A DNA stretch of 64,000 nt from Hadesarchaea archaeon (GTDB lineage: Archaea > Hadarchaeota > Hadarchaeia > Hadarchaeales > Hadarchaeaceae), in NCBI GenBank assembly GCA_029259175.1, contig JAPDJH010000004.1:164844-228843 (forward strand), given 5' to 3'. Below the pieces are notes generated by a model. That model was not told the DNA's origin and did no database searches. It worked only from the letters and a program-made list of their open reading frames with translations. Position numbers and translations under genes: made by a program. Positions 9,978-19,693 of the stretch are shown here, piece by piece. Within the stretch, counting starts at the first letter, position 1, and each line of letters starts with the position of its first letter.

Positions 9978-10736
9978 TCAAGATTTTATACCGGGAACGA
10001 CTCCTCCACCAACCGGGACGGGACTCCTCTCATCAAAGGTTATAATCTCTGGAACCTCGCCCCAAACACCCACGTGTTCTCCACGTATTATCAGACATCC
10101 TTCTATCTCACGTATCCGGCTAGCCCGGTTCAACCCGTCTAAAATCGACTGTCGTGTGTCGGAACCGCGCACAGAATTCGCAACCGAAGTCGCAGCAGCG
10201 TCAGCTACCGAAGCCTCTCGGGCAAAGACCACGGTGGCGTCGGCATCGCCAAAACTAATCGAGTGTCCGATCGAACCAGAACTCGTACATATTCCGAGCG
10301 GCAATCTGGCCGATTTTATCAGAAAACCCAACTTACTGGATGTGCTGGCGGTGCCCGCATAAACTCCTACTATAAAATCTCGATCTCCCGCTATCGCAAT
10401 GTCTCCACCATTTTCGACCAGCACATTCCTCGCTCCTTGCTCCAGAGCGGCCTCCATGGCTATCTGAGAAATCGCTCCGGCAACCGCTGCAAAAGGACCG
10501 ACCCGCGCAAGCTTTCCGGCCCTCAACATCAGCTCGATCACCCGCGGGTGTTCTCCCTCGAGCTCAACGGGTTCAAGTGACCAACGAAACTCTGGATAGG
10601 TCACAGCATAACGCTCCACCTCTTGTCTGGCCCTCAATGCCGCTTCTACCGCTGCATCGATCGCGCGCGCGTCGTCGGATTTTATAGTGAGTGCAGTCTC
10701 CTTGTAAACCCAGCGCTGAACGAGCAAATCCACCAC
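9978..10736 (-). CDS. UPF0280 ApbE-like protein (sulfide assimilation associated)
   Basis: GPFAAVAGAI, ENGGDIA, GICTSSG, GHSISFGDAD. Confidence 0.88.
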   Translation of the reverse strand: MVDLLVQRWVYKETALTIKSDDARAIDAAVEAALRARQEVERYAVTYPEFRWSLEPVELEGEHPRVIELMLRAGKLARVGPFAAVAGAISQIAMEAALEQGARNVLVENGGDIAIAGDRDFIVGVYAGTASTSSKLGFLIKSARLPLGICTSSGSIGHSISFGDADATVVFAREASVADAAATSVANSVRGSDTRQSILDGLNRASRIREIEGCLIIRGEHVGVWGEVPEIITFDERSPVPVGGGVVPGIKS

Positions 10737-10737
10737 C

Positions 10738-11133
10738 TCACAACCTCGGAATCTTCAAAGCGCGCACCGGACACGCAGGAACACAGATCTCACACAAAAC
10801 ACACTTCTGCTCATCCAGACCCAGCGAGGCATCCTCTTTCAGATACAATGCCTTGGTTGGACAGAGCGAAACACAAGCCCCACAGTGAACGCAGGAATCC
10901 CAGTCCACCCTGATCGCGTCTTTTATCTCTTGAAATTCTATTCCGCGTTTCGAGAGAGCGCTAAAAATCCGCTCCGCGTCCGAGTCCTTAACGGAAATCA
11001 GGATCTCCCCACCCTTTGTGTCCATGTCCGCATACAGGATGTTTACCAACACTCCCGTCTCTTTAATCACCGAAGCCAAAACAGGCTCCGCCGCTTTCTC
11101 CGCCGAGTATCGAAGCAAGATCCGCCTCGTCAT
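10738..11133 (-). CDS. NIL domain plus 2x[4Fe-4S] ferredoxin (homocysteine synthesis partner)
   Basis: NIL motif VNILYA; CVHCGACVSLCP and CVLCEICVPACP. Confidence 0.9.
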   Translation of the reverse strand: MTRRILLRYSAEKAAEPVLASVIKETGVLVNILYADMDTKGGEILISVKDSDAERIFSALSKRGIEFQEIKDAIRVDWDSCVHCGACVSLCPTKALYLKEDASLGLDEQKCVLCEICVPACPVRALKIPRL

Positions 11134-12632
11134 TTTCTCCCACCTCCAATCAGCTTTGAAATATCATCGCTCGTCACTATCCCCCTGAGCCTGCCGCGAG
11201 CATCAACAACCGGAACACCAGAGATCCCGAATTTATCCAGCTTTCTTGCAACGGCATCTATGGGCTCGTCTTCCCGCGCGGTTATCACCTGCCGTGTCAT
11301 TATTTCCGAAAGCTTCTGCTTGCCCTTTCCCACCGAAACCGCAATATCCCACGAAGTCACTATCCCGATCACGCGGTTTTCATCGTCCACAATGGGGAGG
11401 TGATCAAAGTTCTTCTCCGCGAATATCCGAGCCGCTTTGGTGATCGGATCCTCCGGCCTACCTACGACCACTTCGCGGGTCATTACCGCACCTGCCGTTA
11501 TGATCCGCGTCGGCTGTTTCATCGGGCGGAACTCCATATCCACAGGAAGCTGGCGCACCGGAGCGGTGAGGGAAAACTCCCCTCGCTCTATCAGCTCCTT
11601 GAGTTTCTCAGCGATTTCTCTCGCCACTTTGAGACTGCTGAGCGGACTGACCGGGACTTCCCGACCGTTCAATTCGATCTTGCCCTCCCACAGCTCCGCA
11701 TAGGTCAACTGCTTGAGCACCGGCCTGTCCCGTCGCGGAACTCCGTAGTCGAGCAAATCAATTTTAATCTCCTCATTGCTCCTGCCAGCGGTCCTCGCCA
11801 AATCCTCGTCTAGAATCGGTATCGGAATCCCGATACCCACAAACAGCGATGTTCCATAGCGATGGATGTTCGCGCCACGCAGATACCGGGGTGACATCTC
11901 TTTTAAATCGCCCACCGTCATCAGCGTGCCCAGCTCTCGCTTCGGATCGTGCTGAGTGCCTTCCCAAACCACATATCCCTGAGCTCCGCCAATGAAAATT
12001 CGAGTTCCCGTGCCAATGGTCCGATAGGTGGGGTCTTTGTTCAGCGGACTGAGTTCCCCAGTACCAGCAAACGTAACGTTTCTGAATTCTGGAAGCAGGG
12101 TGCCCATATAGGTATAAATGGTCTCCTTCCGTGAATTGGTGGCAGCAACGTATCGTTGGTGAGCGTTTCTCGGATTCAGCAAAACGGCTTGGTTGAGGTC
12201 ATGGATGGTTATGGTCGTCTCCAGCTCCCTGCGCGGATAGCAATCGGTCCCGTATGCCAGAGCCCTAACATGGATCTCTTCGCCTCTGACCAAGTCCTCG
12301 ATCACGTGGCCTCCTCCATAGTCGAACCCCCGGGTTTCACTCAGCTGTGCGGCACCGATATATGCATCGACTGCTGCCACCCCTGTATACGCTTCGACAT
12401 CGTTGAGCCAAACGCGTTGCATCTTGATGGGCGGATCAGCGTGCCCAAAGTTTAGCCAGGCACCCGAGCTACACATCGCACCAAACGTCCCGGTGGTCAC
12501 CACATCAACTTCTTTTGCCGCTGCTACGGCCCCCTTGCTCTTGACTATCTCGACCATCTCCTCGGCGGTAACGACCACGGCATCTCCACGCCTGATGCGC
12601 TCGTTGATTTCCTCGATTGTTTTCTTAACCAT
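11130..12632 (-). CDS. L-aspartate semialdehyde sulfurtransferase (DUF39-CBS homocysteine biosynthesis protein)
   Basis: KTIEEINERI, VDVVTTGTFGAMCSSG, GTDCYPR, C-terminal CBS pair. Confidence 0.92.
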   Translation of the reverse strand: MVKKTIEEINERIRRGDAVVVTAEEMVEIVKSKGAVAAAKEVDVVTTGTFGAMCSSGAWLNFGHADPPIKMQRVWLNDVEAYTGVAAVDAYIGAAQLSETRGFDYGGGHVIEDLVRGEEIHVRALAYGTDCYPRRELETTITIHDLNQAVLLNPRNAHQRYVAATNSRKETIYTYMGTLLPEFRNVTFAGTGELSPLNKDPTYRTIGTGTRIFIGGAQGYVVWEGTQHDPKRELGTLMTVGDLKEMSPRYLRGANIHRYGTSLFVGIGIPIPILDEDLARTAGRSNEEIKIDLLDYGVPRRDRPVLKQLTYAELWEGKIELNGREVPVSPLSSLKVAREIAEKLKELIERGEFSLTAPVRQLPVDMEFRPMKQPTRIITAGAVMTREVVVGRPEDPITKAARIFAEKNFDHLPIVDDENRVIGIVTSWDIAVSVGKGKQKLSEIMTRQVITAREDEPIDAVARKLDKFGISGVPVVDARGRLRGIVTSDDISKLIGGGRK

Positions 12633-12698
12633 GCCCGTCTCACCCTCCCCATTCTCGATAGTTATATTTATAAAGTTTTTTTATTCCTGCTAGTTATA

Positions 12699-14294
12699 TC
12701 AAAACTCTCCACGCCGAATTTCCTCAATTTGCTGAACAAACTTGCGATATGCCTCCGTTTGCTTCAGCCGGTCCACATCCCGCTTGTACAGATCGTCCTG
12801 AAGCCTGCGTCCCGTCCTGCGCTCCCACTCCTCAATCGGAATCCCCTGGCTCTCTTGGTCCTTGTCCCGATACCACTCCGGAATGACATTGAACGCACAG
12901 AACGGAATCACGCGCTTGTCAGTCATCGCGTAGTGAATACAGCAGCGCTTCACGCGTTCGATGTCGTAGTTGTACAAATCCATGAAGTGCATCATCCCGA
13001 TAAACAGACTCTTCATGTGGAACTGGCCGAGCGCATCGTAATTGTGCTTTATGAAAATGTTGTAGAGAATCTTATTGATATCCAGATCCTTCGGTTTTTG
13101 TTTGCCATCTATGAACTTGCCGATGCTGGCCAGCAGCTTGAGGCCCACCCATCGCTTGCTCTTCCCTTGCCTCAGCTCCTCCGTCTTCTCCTTCAGGTAC
13201 TCCAGCAGGCCCTCAACATCGATGAACCGGGTGATCGGAATCAGCTTTCCGTTCTCTTTGAACACGTACGTCGCCGCACCGCAGGCGAAGTGGGAACTCA
13301 GATCATAAGTGGGGTGACCCACAAGCGCCTCCACGAACTCGCTGATTATCATAGCAGTGGGGACCGGGAAGAAATCCTCCATCGTTATGGCCCCGTCGGT
13401 CTGCTCCTCTATCCGCTTGATTACATCAGGGATAGTGATGCGGTACTTGTCCCGCTCCTTCCGCGGCATGCGGCCCACCAGCGCCACCGGCTGAAAGTTC
13501 ACACTCCGGACGATGTCCATGTTCTTGAACCCGTACTTGAGGATGTCGCCGACCTCGTGATCGTTGACTGACTTAATCACCGTCGGCACCAAGACGATTC
13601 CGAGTCCCACCTTGCGGGCGTTCTCTATGGTCAATGGCACCTCCCAGTGGTTTTTCGGATTGGCTTGTTCTGAAACCCCATCAAAGCTGAGGTAGAGGGT
13701 GTTCACCCCTGCTTCCCGAACCCGCTTCACCAGCTCGGGATCGAACGCCAGCCGTATCCCATTGGTGTTGAGCTGAACGTGGTCGATCCCGTGCTTTTTC
13801 ACTATTTTAATGATGTCCACCAAATCGTCTCGAAGAAGCGGCTCTCCCCCCGTAAGCTGAACTGCGTTGCAGGCAATCGGGCGCTCACTTCTGATGACTC
13901 CCACCATCTCGTCGATTTGTTCCAGCGTCGGCTCGTAGACGTAGCCCACCTTACGGGCGAAAAAGAAGCAATACCAGCAACTGAGGTCGCAGCGGTTCGT
14001 AACCACTATGTTCGCAAGCGCCGTGTGGCTCTTGTGGAGCTTGCAGAGACCGCAGTCTCGGGGACAGACGGGCGCCTCTTTGGTCACCTGCGGGTTCTCA
14101 ATTCCCTTCCCGTCCTTCGCGTAGCGCTCCGCCCGTCGATACCATTCATAGGATCCGTGGTACAAATCCTCAAATTCGCCGTGTTCCGGACAGGTTTTCT
14201 TGATCCACACCTTGCCGTCTCGTTCAAAGATAGTGGCCGGAAGGGTTCTCAAGCACTCCGGACAAAGCGAGGCGGTCTTTCTAATTTCTTGCAT
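12699..14294 (-). CDS. tes: Radical SAM tetraether lipid synthase (GDGT macrocyclase)
   Basis: SLCPEC, CPEHG, CPRDCGLC, CDLSCWYC, RCCIHY, IPFCAFN. Confidence 0.85.
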   Translation of the reverse strand: MQEIRKTASLCPECLRTLPATIFERDGKVWIKKTCPEHGEFEDLYHGSYEWYRRAERYAKDGKGIENPQVTKEAPVCPRDCGLCKLHKSHTALANIVVTNRCDLSCWYCFFFARKVGYVYEPTLEQIDEMVGVIRSERPIACNAVQLTGGEPLLRDDLVDIIKIVKKHGIDHVQLNTNGIRLAFDPELVKRVREAGVNTLYLSFDGVSEQANPKNHWEVPLTIENARKVGLGIVLVPTVIKSVNDHEVGDILKYGFKNMDIVRSVNFQPVALVGRMPRKERDKYRITIPDVIKRIEEQTDGAITMEDFFPVPTAMIISEFVEALVGHPTYDLSSHFACGAATYVFKENGKLIPITRFIDVEGLLEYLKEKTEELRQGKSKRWVGLKLLASIGKFIDGKQKPKDLDINKILYNIFIKHNYDALGQFHMKSLFIGMMHFMDLYNYDIERVKRCCIHYAMTDKRVIPFCAFNVIPEWYRDKDQESQGIPIEEWERRTGRRLQDDLYKRDVDRLKQTEAYRKFVQQIEEIRRGEF

Positions 14295-14397
14295 TCTCCC
14301 TATTTATCACCCCGTAGTGGCAATTTAAAGATTTGCCCACCCGTTCCCGATTCTAACAAAAAGATTTAGCGATGATTACCAAAGTTGGATTGAGACG

Positions 14398-15588
14398 ATG
14401 GAAAGCCCCTCCGCAAATCTCGTGCAGCAGGCTTTTCGAGAAAACCGGGAGCTCGCCCTCCGTTTGAGATCTCTCATCGATAGGCGCGGCACCGAAGTCG
14501 TGAAAAAAATGGGACTCGATCGAATCAAGATCATGAACTTCTGCGGGACCCACGAATGGACGACCGTGCACTACGGGCTCCGGTCCTTCCTACCCCCTTT
14601 TATAGAGCTCGTTGCTGGCCCGGGCTGTCCCGTGTGCGTCACGCCCGGACACTACGTGCAAGAGGCTGTAAAGCTGGCAATGGACGGCGTAATAGTCTAC
14701 ACCTATGGGGACTCCTTCAAGCTGAGGAGCACTTCAGGCCCCGGACCGCAGAGCTTGGCGGAAGCGCGGGCATCCGGGGGCGAGGTCCGGGTTGTGTACA
14801 GTTTCTTGGACGCCATAAGAGATGCGAAAAAACACGGAAAGCCATCTGTGTTCTTCGGTGTTGGATTCGAGACCACTGTGCCAGCATATGGATTTCCCCT
14901 TATTCAAAACCATGTGCCAGAAAATCTGAAGTTTCTCTCCGTCTGCCGGCTGACACCGCCTGCGATGAAATACACCATCAAGCTGCACCAAGAGCGAGGC
15001 CTCCTGCCTATTTCTGGGGTCATCGCACCTGGACACGTGTCAACCATCATAGGTGCTGGAGAATGGGAGTTCCTCCCACGCGATTATTGTATGCCCACGG
15101 TAGTCGCCGGATTTGAACCGCTCGATGTTTTGATCGCTATCGCTCGGATTCTACAAATGGTGAAGAACAAGAAACCGGCCGTGGCGAATGAATACAGTCG
15201 CCTCGTACGCTGGGACGGAAACCCTGAAGCGAAGAAGGTGATCGAAGAAGTATTTGTTCCGACGTTTGCAGCGTGGCGCGGAATGGGATTCATTCCAAGG
15301 AGCGGACTCAGGCTCCGAGACCGGTATCAAAAACACGACGCATTTGTTCATTTCGGGATTAAGGATGTCGAACCGTCTAAATACGCGTTCACCCATGCGC
15401 ACTATGGGAGCCCGCCCGAAGCCGATTTGCCGCCCAACTGCAAGTGCGGCGAAGTCGTGACAGGCATATCGAAACCGACTGACTGTCCGCTGTTCATGCG
15501 TGGATGCACCCCCTCCAATCCGTGGGGGCCGTGCATGGTCTCCGTAGAAGGAACATGCATGATCTGGGCCAGGGAAAGGGGAGGATAA
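14398..15588 (+). CDS. hypD: Hydrogenase maturation protein HypD
   Basis: CGTHE, GPGCPVC, GFETT, PGHVS, GPCMVSVEGTC. Confidence 0.96.
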   Translation: MESPSANLVQQAFRENRELALRLRSLIDRRGTEVVKKMGLDRIKIMNFCGTHEWTTVHYGLRSFLPPFIELVAGPGCPVCVTPGHYVQEAVKLAMDGVIVYTYGDSFKLRSTSGPGPQSLAEARASGGEVRVVYSFLDAIRDAKKHGKPSVFFGVGFETTVPAYGFPLIQNHVPENLKFLSVCRLTPPAMKYTIKLHQERGLLPISGVIAPGHVSTIIGAGEWEFLPRDYCMPTVVAGFEPLDVLIAIARILQMVKNKKPAVANEYSRLVRWDGNPEAKKVIEEVFVPTFAAWRGMGFIPRSGLRLRDRYQKHDAFVHFGIKDVEPSKYAFTHAHYGSPPEADLPPNCKCGEVVTGISKPTDCPLFMRGCTPSNPWGPCMVSVEGTCMIWARERGG

Positions 15589-15590
15589 AA

Positions 15591-16376
15591 ATGTGCCTAG
15601 GAGTGCCAGCGCGTGTAGAAGAGGTGCGCGGAATCACAGCGATTGCAGATTTTGGAGGGATCAAACGTGAAATCTTGGTCGGAGTGAAAGATTTGCAGCC
15701 GGGCGATCTGGTGATGGTTCATGCGGGAATGGCTATCGGCAAGCTCACGGAGGAAGCCGTGATAGAAAATCTAATGGTGTACAAAGAGCTTTTCGTTGCC
15801 GAGTCCTTGATGCGGGGGGAAAGCGAGGAAAGTGCAAAAAGAACCGCTGAGAAAGAAATAGAGAAAATTCTGGAAGAGTTGGGAGTGGAAAAACCCATGA
15901 TCAAAGAAACAGAGGACGTCAGAACAGCCGAGCAGGTGGAAACGCCCATTCCGCCCAATGCGTTCAAGCGCAGGTATCGGGCCTCGCTCTCTGATACGGA
16001 CTACCTGCAAGTGATGCACTACACCAACTATCTGCGCTATTGTGAGCGCGCACAACAAGAGCTGCTGGACTCTATAGGGTTCGGGTACGCCAAGCTGATC
16101 CACCAACACGGTCTTTTCATCCCTACTGTTGAAACCTCTATCAGGCTCAAGGGACCCATCAGGCTGGACAACGAATTTGAGGTTGCCGTGTGGGTGGAAG
16201 AAATCGGTCGAAAACACATCCGCTTTAAAAACGTGATAAGGAACCTCACGTCTAACAAGATTGTGGCCGAAGCAACGACCATAGCGGTCTGCACCGACAT
16301 CAGTCTGATGGAGGGGATGGAGCTTCCGGCAGAACTGGTGGAAAAACTCAGGCCATACATGGAGGGTGCGAAATGA
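15591..16376 (+). CDS. hypC: HypC fused to a hotdog-fold acyl-CoA thioesterase
   Basis: MCLGVPA...VMVHAGMAI followed in frame by DTDYLQVMHYTNYLRYCERA (4HBT/YbgC-type motif). Confidence 0.85.
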   Translation: MCLGVPARVEEVRGITAIADFGGIKREILVGVKDLQPGDLVMVHAGMAIGKLTEEAVIENLMVYKELFVAESLMRGESEESAKRTAEKEIEKILEELGVEKPMIKETEDVRTAEQVETPIPPNAFKRRYRASLSDTDYLQVMHYTNYLRYCERAQQELLDSIGFGYAKLIHQHGLFIPTVETSIRLKGPIRLDNEFEVAVWVEEIGRKHIRFKNVIRNLTSNKIVAEATTIAVCTDISLMEGMELPAELVEKLRPYMEGAK

Positions 16377-16684
16377 GGGTGAAGGTGAGGCTGTTCGCGA
16401 ACTTCAGAGAGGTGATGGGGACGGGAAATCTCGAAGTTGAAAACGTGCACAATATCGGGGAGCTGCTAAGCAAACTCACCGAGATGAAAAGAGAAATGGA
16501 AAAAGAACTCTACTACCCCGGCACAAAAGAACTCGTAAAAACGGTGCAGATAATGCACAACGGAAAAAACGTCAAATTACCCCAGGGTCTTGAAGCGGAG
16601 CTGAAAGAGGGCGACGAGATTGCAATATTTCCGCCCGTGGCCGGGGGAGAGGGCTCGAACACATCAGCTTCTCATGTCTCTTAA
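16373..16684 (+). CDS. MoaD/SAMP ubiquitin-like protein with an extension after GG
   Basis: VKVRLFANFRE...LKEGDEIAIFPPVAGG followed by EGSNTSASHVS. Confidence 0.9.
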   Translation: MRVKVRLFANFREVMGTGNLEVENVHNIGELLSKLTEMKREMEKELYYPGTKELVKTVQIMHNGKNVKLPQGLEAELKEGDEIAIFPPVAGGEGSNTSASHVS

Positions 16685-17461
16685 ACTTCTGCCGCTCGCA
16701 TCCGGTCTGCGCAGTACTTTGATGATTTCAGCCATTATGCTGACGGCGATTTCCGCTGGTGTTTCGGCGCCGATATCGAGACCCACTGGGGCATGAACAC
16801 GTTCCAACCACTCTTTGGACACCCCGTCACGCACCAAACGTTCAAAGGTCATCTGGATTCGGGTCCTGCTGGCTAGCCACCCCACATAACGTGCGCGTGA
16901 GCCGGACAGCGCTTTGAGCGCCTCTTCATCTCCTTTGTGTCTCGATGCAATAACCACAAAGGTGTTTTCGTCGACTTCGATCTCGCGCGCGGCTTGTTCA
17001 ATCGGTTTCTGAAGCACTTTCACTCCTTGGAACTCGGAAGGATCAAGCGCAGGATCGACCACTGTGACTTGAAAGCCGTTTCTCTTTCCCAGCTCCGCCA
17101 GCTCGCGTCCCACGTGACCACCGCCGACTATCAAAAGCTTTGGTGGAGGGAGTATGGGCTCGATGTAGAGCCGAACAGTCCCGCCGCATTCCATTCCTAC
17201 ACCGCCTCTAGACTCTTCAACCAAATCCAACTCGATCAACTTAGGCTGGCGTGTTCTGAGCACCTCAAGGGCCTCGTTCACCGCACTGCTTTCTATACAA
17301 CCGCCGCCGATGGATCCGATGGTCGAACCGTCTGGAAGAACGAGCATCTTTGCGCCCAGATCACGGGGAGAGGATCCCTTACGCCCGACCACAGTCACTA
17401 CGGCGAAGGGCTTTCCTTCAGCCATCAGTCGTCCCATTTCCGCAAGCACCTTGGGCTCCAT
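16664..17461 (-). CDS. XdhC/CoxI molybdenum cofactor chaperone
   Basis: GSSPR, GSIGGGCIE, CGG, APVGLDIGAETPAEIAVSI. Confidence 0.92.
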   Translation of the reverse strand: MEPKVLAEMGRLMAEGKPFAVVTVVGRKGSSPRDLGAKMLVLPDGSTIGSIGGGCIESSAVNEALEVLRTRQPKLIELDLVEESRGGVGMECGGTVRLYIEPILPPPKLLIVGGGHVGRELAELGKRNGFQVTVVDPALDPSEFQGVKVLQKPIEQAAREIEVDENTFVVIASRHKGDEEALKALSGSRARYVGWLASRTRIQMTFERLVRDGVSKEWLERVHAPVGLDIGAETPAEIAVSIMAEIIKVLRRPDASGRSLRDMRS

Positions 17462-17513
17462 CCATTCTCCTTTTCTTCTAAAATTTATGAGAATAGCGGG
17501 CGGAGATTTATCG

Positions 17514-17921
17514 GTGCTGATACGTAAACAGGACTACCAGCTCATTGCGGAACACGCACAGAAAGAGGCGCCCAACGAGGCCTGTGGAGCGCTGCTCGGA
17601 AAACACGAAAACGAAAAAATCGTTGTGGAACGAGTCGTGAAGGCAAAAAATATCCGCGAGTCCCCGGTGGAATACGAAATCTCAGCAGAAGAAATCTTGG
17701 AAATCTATAGGCTCGCTGAAGTGCTGGAGCTCGAGGTGGTCGGGTTTTACCACAGCCATCCGTTCCACGGTCCATTGTGGTCAACTGTGGACGACGAGCG
17801 TAGCAAGCTGTGGATCAACCACCTTTTCCTGATTTACTCCGTGGCCCAGAAGGAGGCCAGATGTTACAAACGAGTAGCCGAAAATCGTGTTGAGGAGGAG
17901 CCCATCGAAATCGTTGAATAA
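17514..17921 (+). CDS. JAMM/Mov34 metalloprotease (desampylase-like)
   Basis: PNEACG, FYHSHP...S..D JAMM motif; start GTG 17514 or ATG 17487. Confidence 0.9.
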   Translation: MLIRKQDYQLIAEHAQKEAPNEACGALLGKHENEKIVVERVVKAKNIRESPVEYEISAEEILEIYRLAEVLELEVVGFYHSHPFHGPLWSTVDDERSKLWINHLFLIYSVAQKEARCYKRVAENRVEEEPIEIVE

Positions 17922-17954
17922 AACACGCCTCTCCTTACTAAGAATTTTTTGGAT

Positions 17955-18115
17955 ATGGTGAAAATGTGCGCGTAGTGCTGTGAAAAATCGGGATATGCTT
18001 GTGTGGAATTCAAAGATGACTTCGTTGAGATAAGCTCGGAACGGCAAGACTCTTAAAGGAAGAATGGAGTCTGCTTGTCTCCAAGATTCAGAACGGAAAA
18101 CTCACGGCCCGCTAA
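17955..18115 (+). pseudogene. Possible decayed small Cys-containing protein
   Basis: MVKMCA*CC...VEFKDDFVEI, then in another frame KEEWSLLVSKIQNGKL; internal stop and frameshift. Confidence 0.3.
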
Positions 18116-19320
18116 GCCAGCGATCTGGAGATCTCTTCGACTACTGAAATCAGCCTTTCGATTTCTTCTTTTTTATTGTACAAATAGACCGAAGCCCTCA
18201 CCGATCCCTGCGGTCGGTTCAGCACCTCTCTGTGCAGGGGCATCGCACAGTGGTGGCCCGAGCGCACCATTATTTTGGCAGCGTTATCCAAGGTCGCTGC
18301 AACATCGTGGGGGCCAAGTCCCTCCACATTAAAAGCCACTATTCCTGTGCGCTTAGAGGGCGGTGGGCCATAGATCTCAACCCGCTCAATCGACGAGAGC
18401 CCATCATACAACTCGCGCGTAAGCTTTCGTTCGTGAGCCGCGATTGCTGTCATCCCGTGAGTGCGCAGATATCTTACCGCTTCAGCCAATCCAATTGTCT
18501 CAGCAATTGGTGGGGTGCCCGCCTCAAAACCTTCAGGCGGTTTAGCCAGCTTGTAACCCTTCGACGAAACCTCATCGATGGTGCCTCCGCCAATAGCTAG
18601 CGGATCGAGTTCTGCCAACGCGTCCGCTCGAGCATAGAGTACTCCTACGCCCGTGGGGCCCAGCATCTTGTGACCGGAGAAAACCAAAAAGTCACAACCC
18701 AGCTTGCGAACACTCACAGGCATGTGCGGCACCGACTGTGCACCGTCTACGAGGACTAGAGCACCATGCTCGTGGGCTATCCGAACCACTTCCTTGACTG
18801 GGAGAACACACCCAAGCACGTTCGACACATGAGTGACCGCCACGAGTTTTGTTTGGTCGGAAACAGCTCGTTCAAAATCATCCAACGAAATCTCCCCCTC
18901 ACGTGATGCGCGTACGAGAACCAAGCGCACACCGCAGTCTTGGGCGAGACGTTGCCATGGAATGAAATTCGAGTGGTGCTCGATAAGTGTTGTAACGATG
19001 TGGTCTCCTCTCTTCCACCGCAATCCTCTCGCTACAGCATTTATTCCCTCTGTAGCATTCTTTGTGAAAATGATTTCCTCTCGTGCCGACGCCGATATGA
19101 AACGCTGAATCTCTCTGCGGGCCTCTTCCATCTCGTGTGTCGCCCGCTGGGAAAGCCGGTGCACCCCACGTTCCACGTTGGCGCGGTACTCGCGGTAAAA
19201 CGAAAGCATGCGCTCGATCACTGGCTCAGGGGTCAGACTGCTTGCAGCGTTGTCGAGGTATATGATGCCCGTATCGAGAATGGGAAAATCCTTTCTTATC
19301 CGATCTACTCGCAACATCAT
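18112..19320 (-). CDS. sufS: Cysteine desulfurase, SufS/Csd class
   Basis: IYLDNAAS, EHHSN, DGAQS, SGHKMLGPTG, RSGHHCA. Confidence 0.93.
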   Translation of the reverse strand: MMLRVDRIRKDFPILDTGIIYLDNAASSLTPEPVIERMLSFYREYRANVERGVHRLSQRATHEMEEARREIQRFISASAREEIIFTKNATEGINAVARGLRWKRGDHIVTTLIEHHSNFIPWQRLAQDCGVRLVLVRASREGEISLDDFERAVSDQTKLVAVTHVSNVLGCVLPVKEVVRIAHEHGALVLVDGAQSVPHMPVSVRKLGCDFLVFSGHKMLGPTGVGVLYARADALAELDPLAIGGGTIDEVSSKGYKLAKPPEGFEAGTPPIAETIGLAEAVRYLRTHGMTAIAAHERKLTRELYDGLSSIERVEIYGPPPSKRTGIVAFNVEGLGPHDVAATLDNAAKIMVRSGHHCAMPLHREVLNRPQGSVRASVYLYNKKEEIERLISVVEEISRSLA

Positions 19321-19363
19321 CTACATCTCCATCTCTGTGATTCAATAAAACTGTAGAGGCTGA

Positions 19364-19648
19364 GGTTCTCTTCGGAAGCCTTGACCTCCGAAGTTGGCGA
19401 CTCTGGGCCGCCTCTAGGGCCGGAACCCACACGGCCCCGTTCCCGGAGCGCTGCTCCAGGAACCTCTTCCCCGGGCCTGTCGATCCACGCAGTTCTGCTT
19501 CCCGCAGAGCGCCACGGACGGTGCGAGAAGCGCTCTCTGGAGTCACCGACCCGGACTTTCCGTAAAGAAGTTTCACTTCCCATTTAAGCTCGTTTCGGGG
19601 AGAGAGGCCGACGAAAGTATTTGCGGGCTCAGAGTTTCAAAGAGAACC
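19364..19648. mobile_element. Non-autonomous MITE, 285 bp
   Basis: Terminal IRs GGTTCTCTTCGGAA / TTTCAAAGAGAACC (12/14), flanked by the 9-bp direct repeat AGAGGCTGA at 19355-19363 and 19649-19657; no credible ORF. Confidence 0.8.
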
Positions 19649-19662
19649 AGAGGCTGAAAATA

Positions 19663-19681
19663 TTTATAACGGCGTTATAAA
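19663..19681. promoter_or_regulatory. Perfect ATAAC-N3-GTTAT operator
   Basis: TTTATAAC-GGC-GTTATAAA between divergent sufS and the ThrRS-editing gene. Confidence 0.7.
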
Positions 19682-19693
19682 AAATATTTCTCG

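Noticed and set aside
17955-17996. Amber readthrough (pyrrolysine) in MVKMCA*CC
   Set aside because: A downstream frameshift is also needed and no pyl genes are in the window; decay is the simpler explanation
19380-19565. RNase P or SRP RNA (GGAAAGTCCGGG on the minus strand)
   Set aside because: No P4 partner or other conserved regions, no SRP helix 8 motif, and it lies within TIR/TSD boundaries
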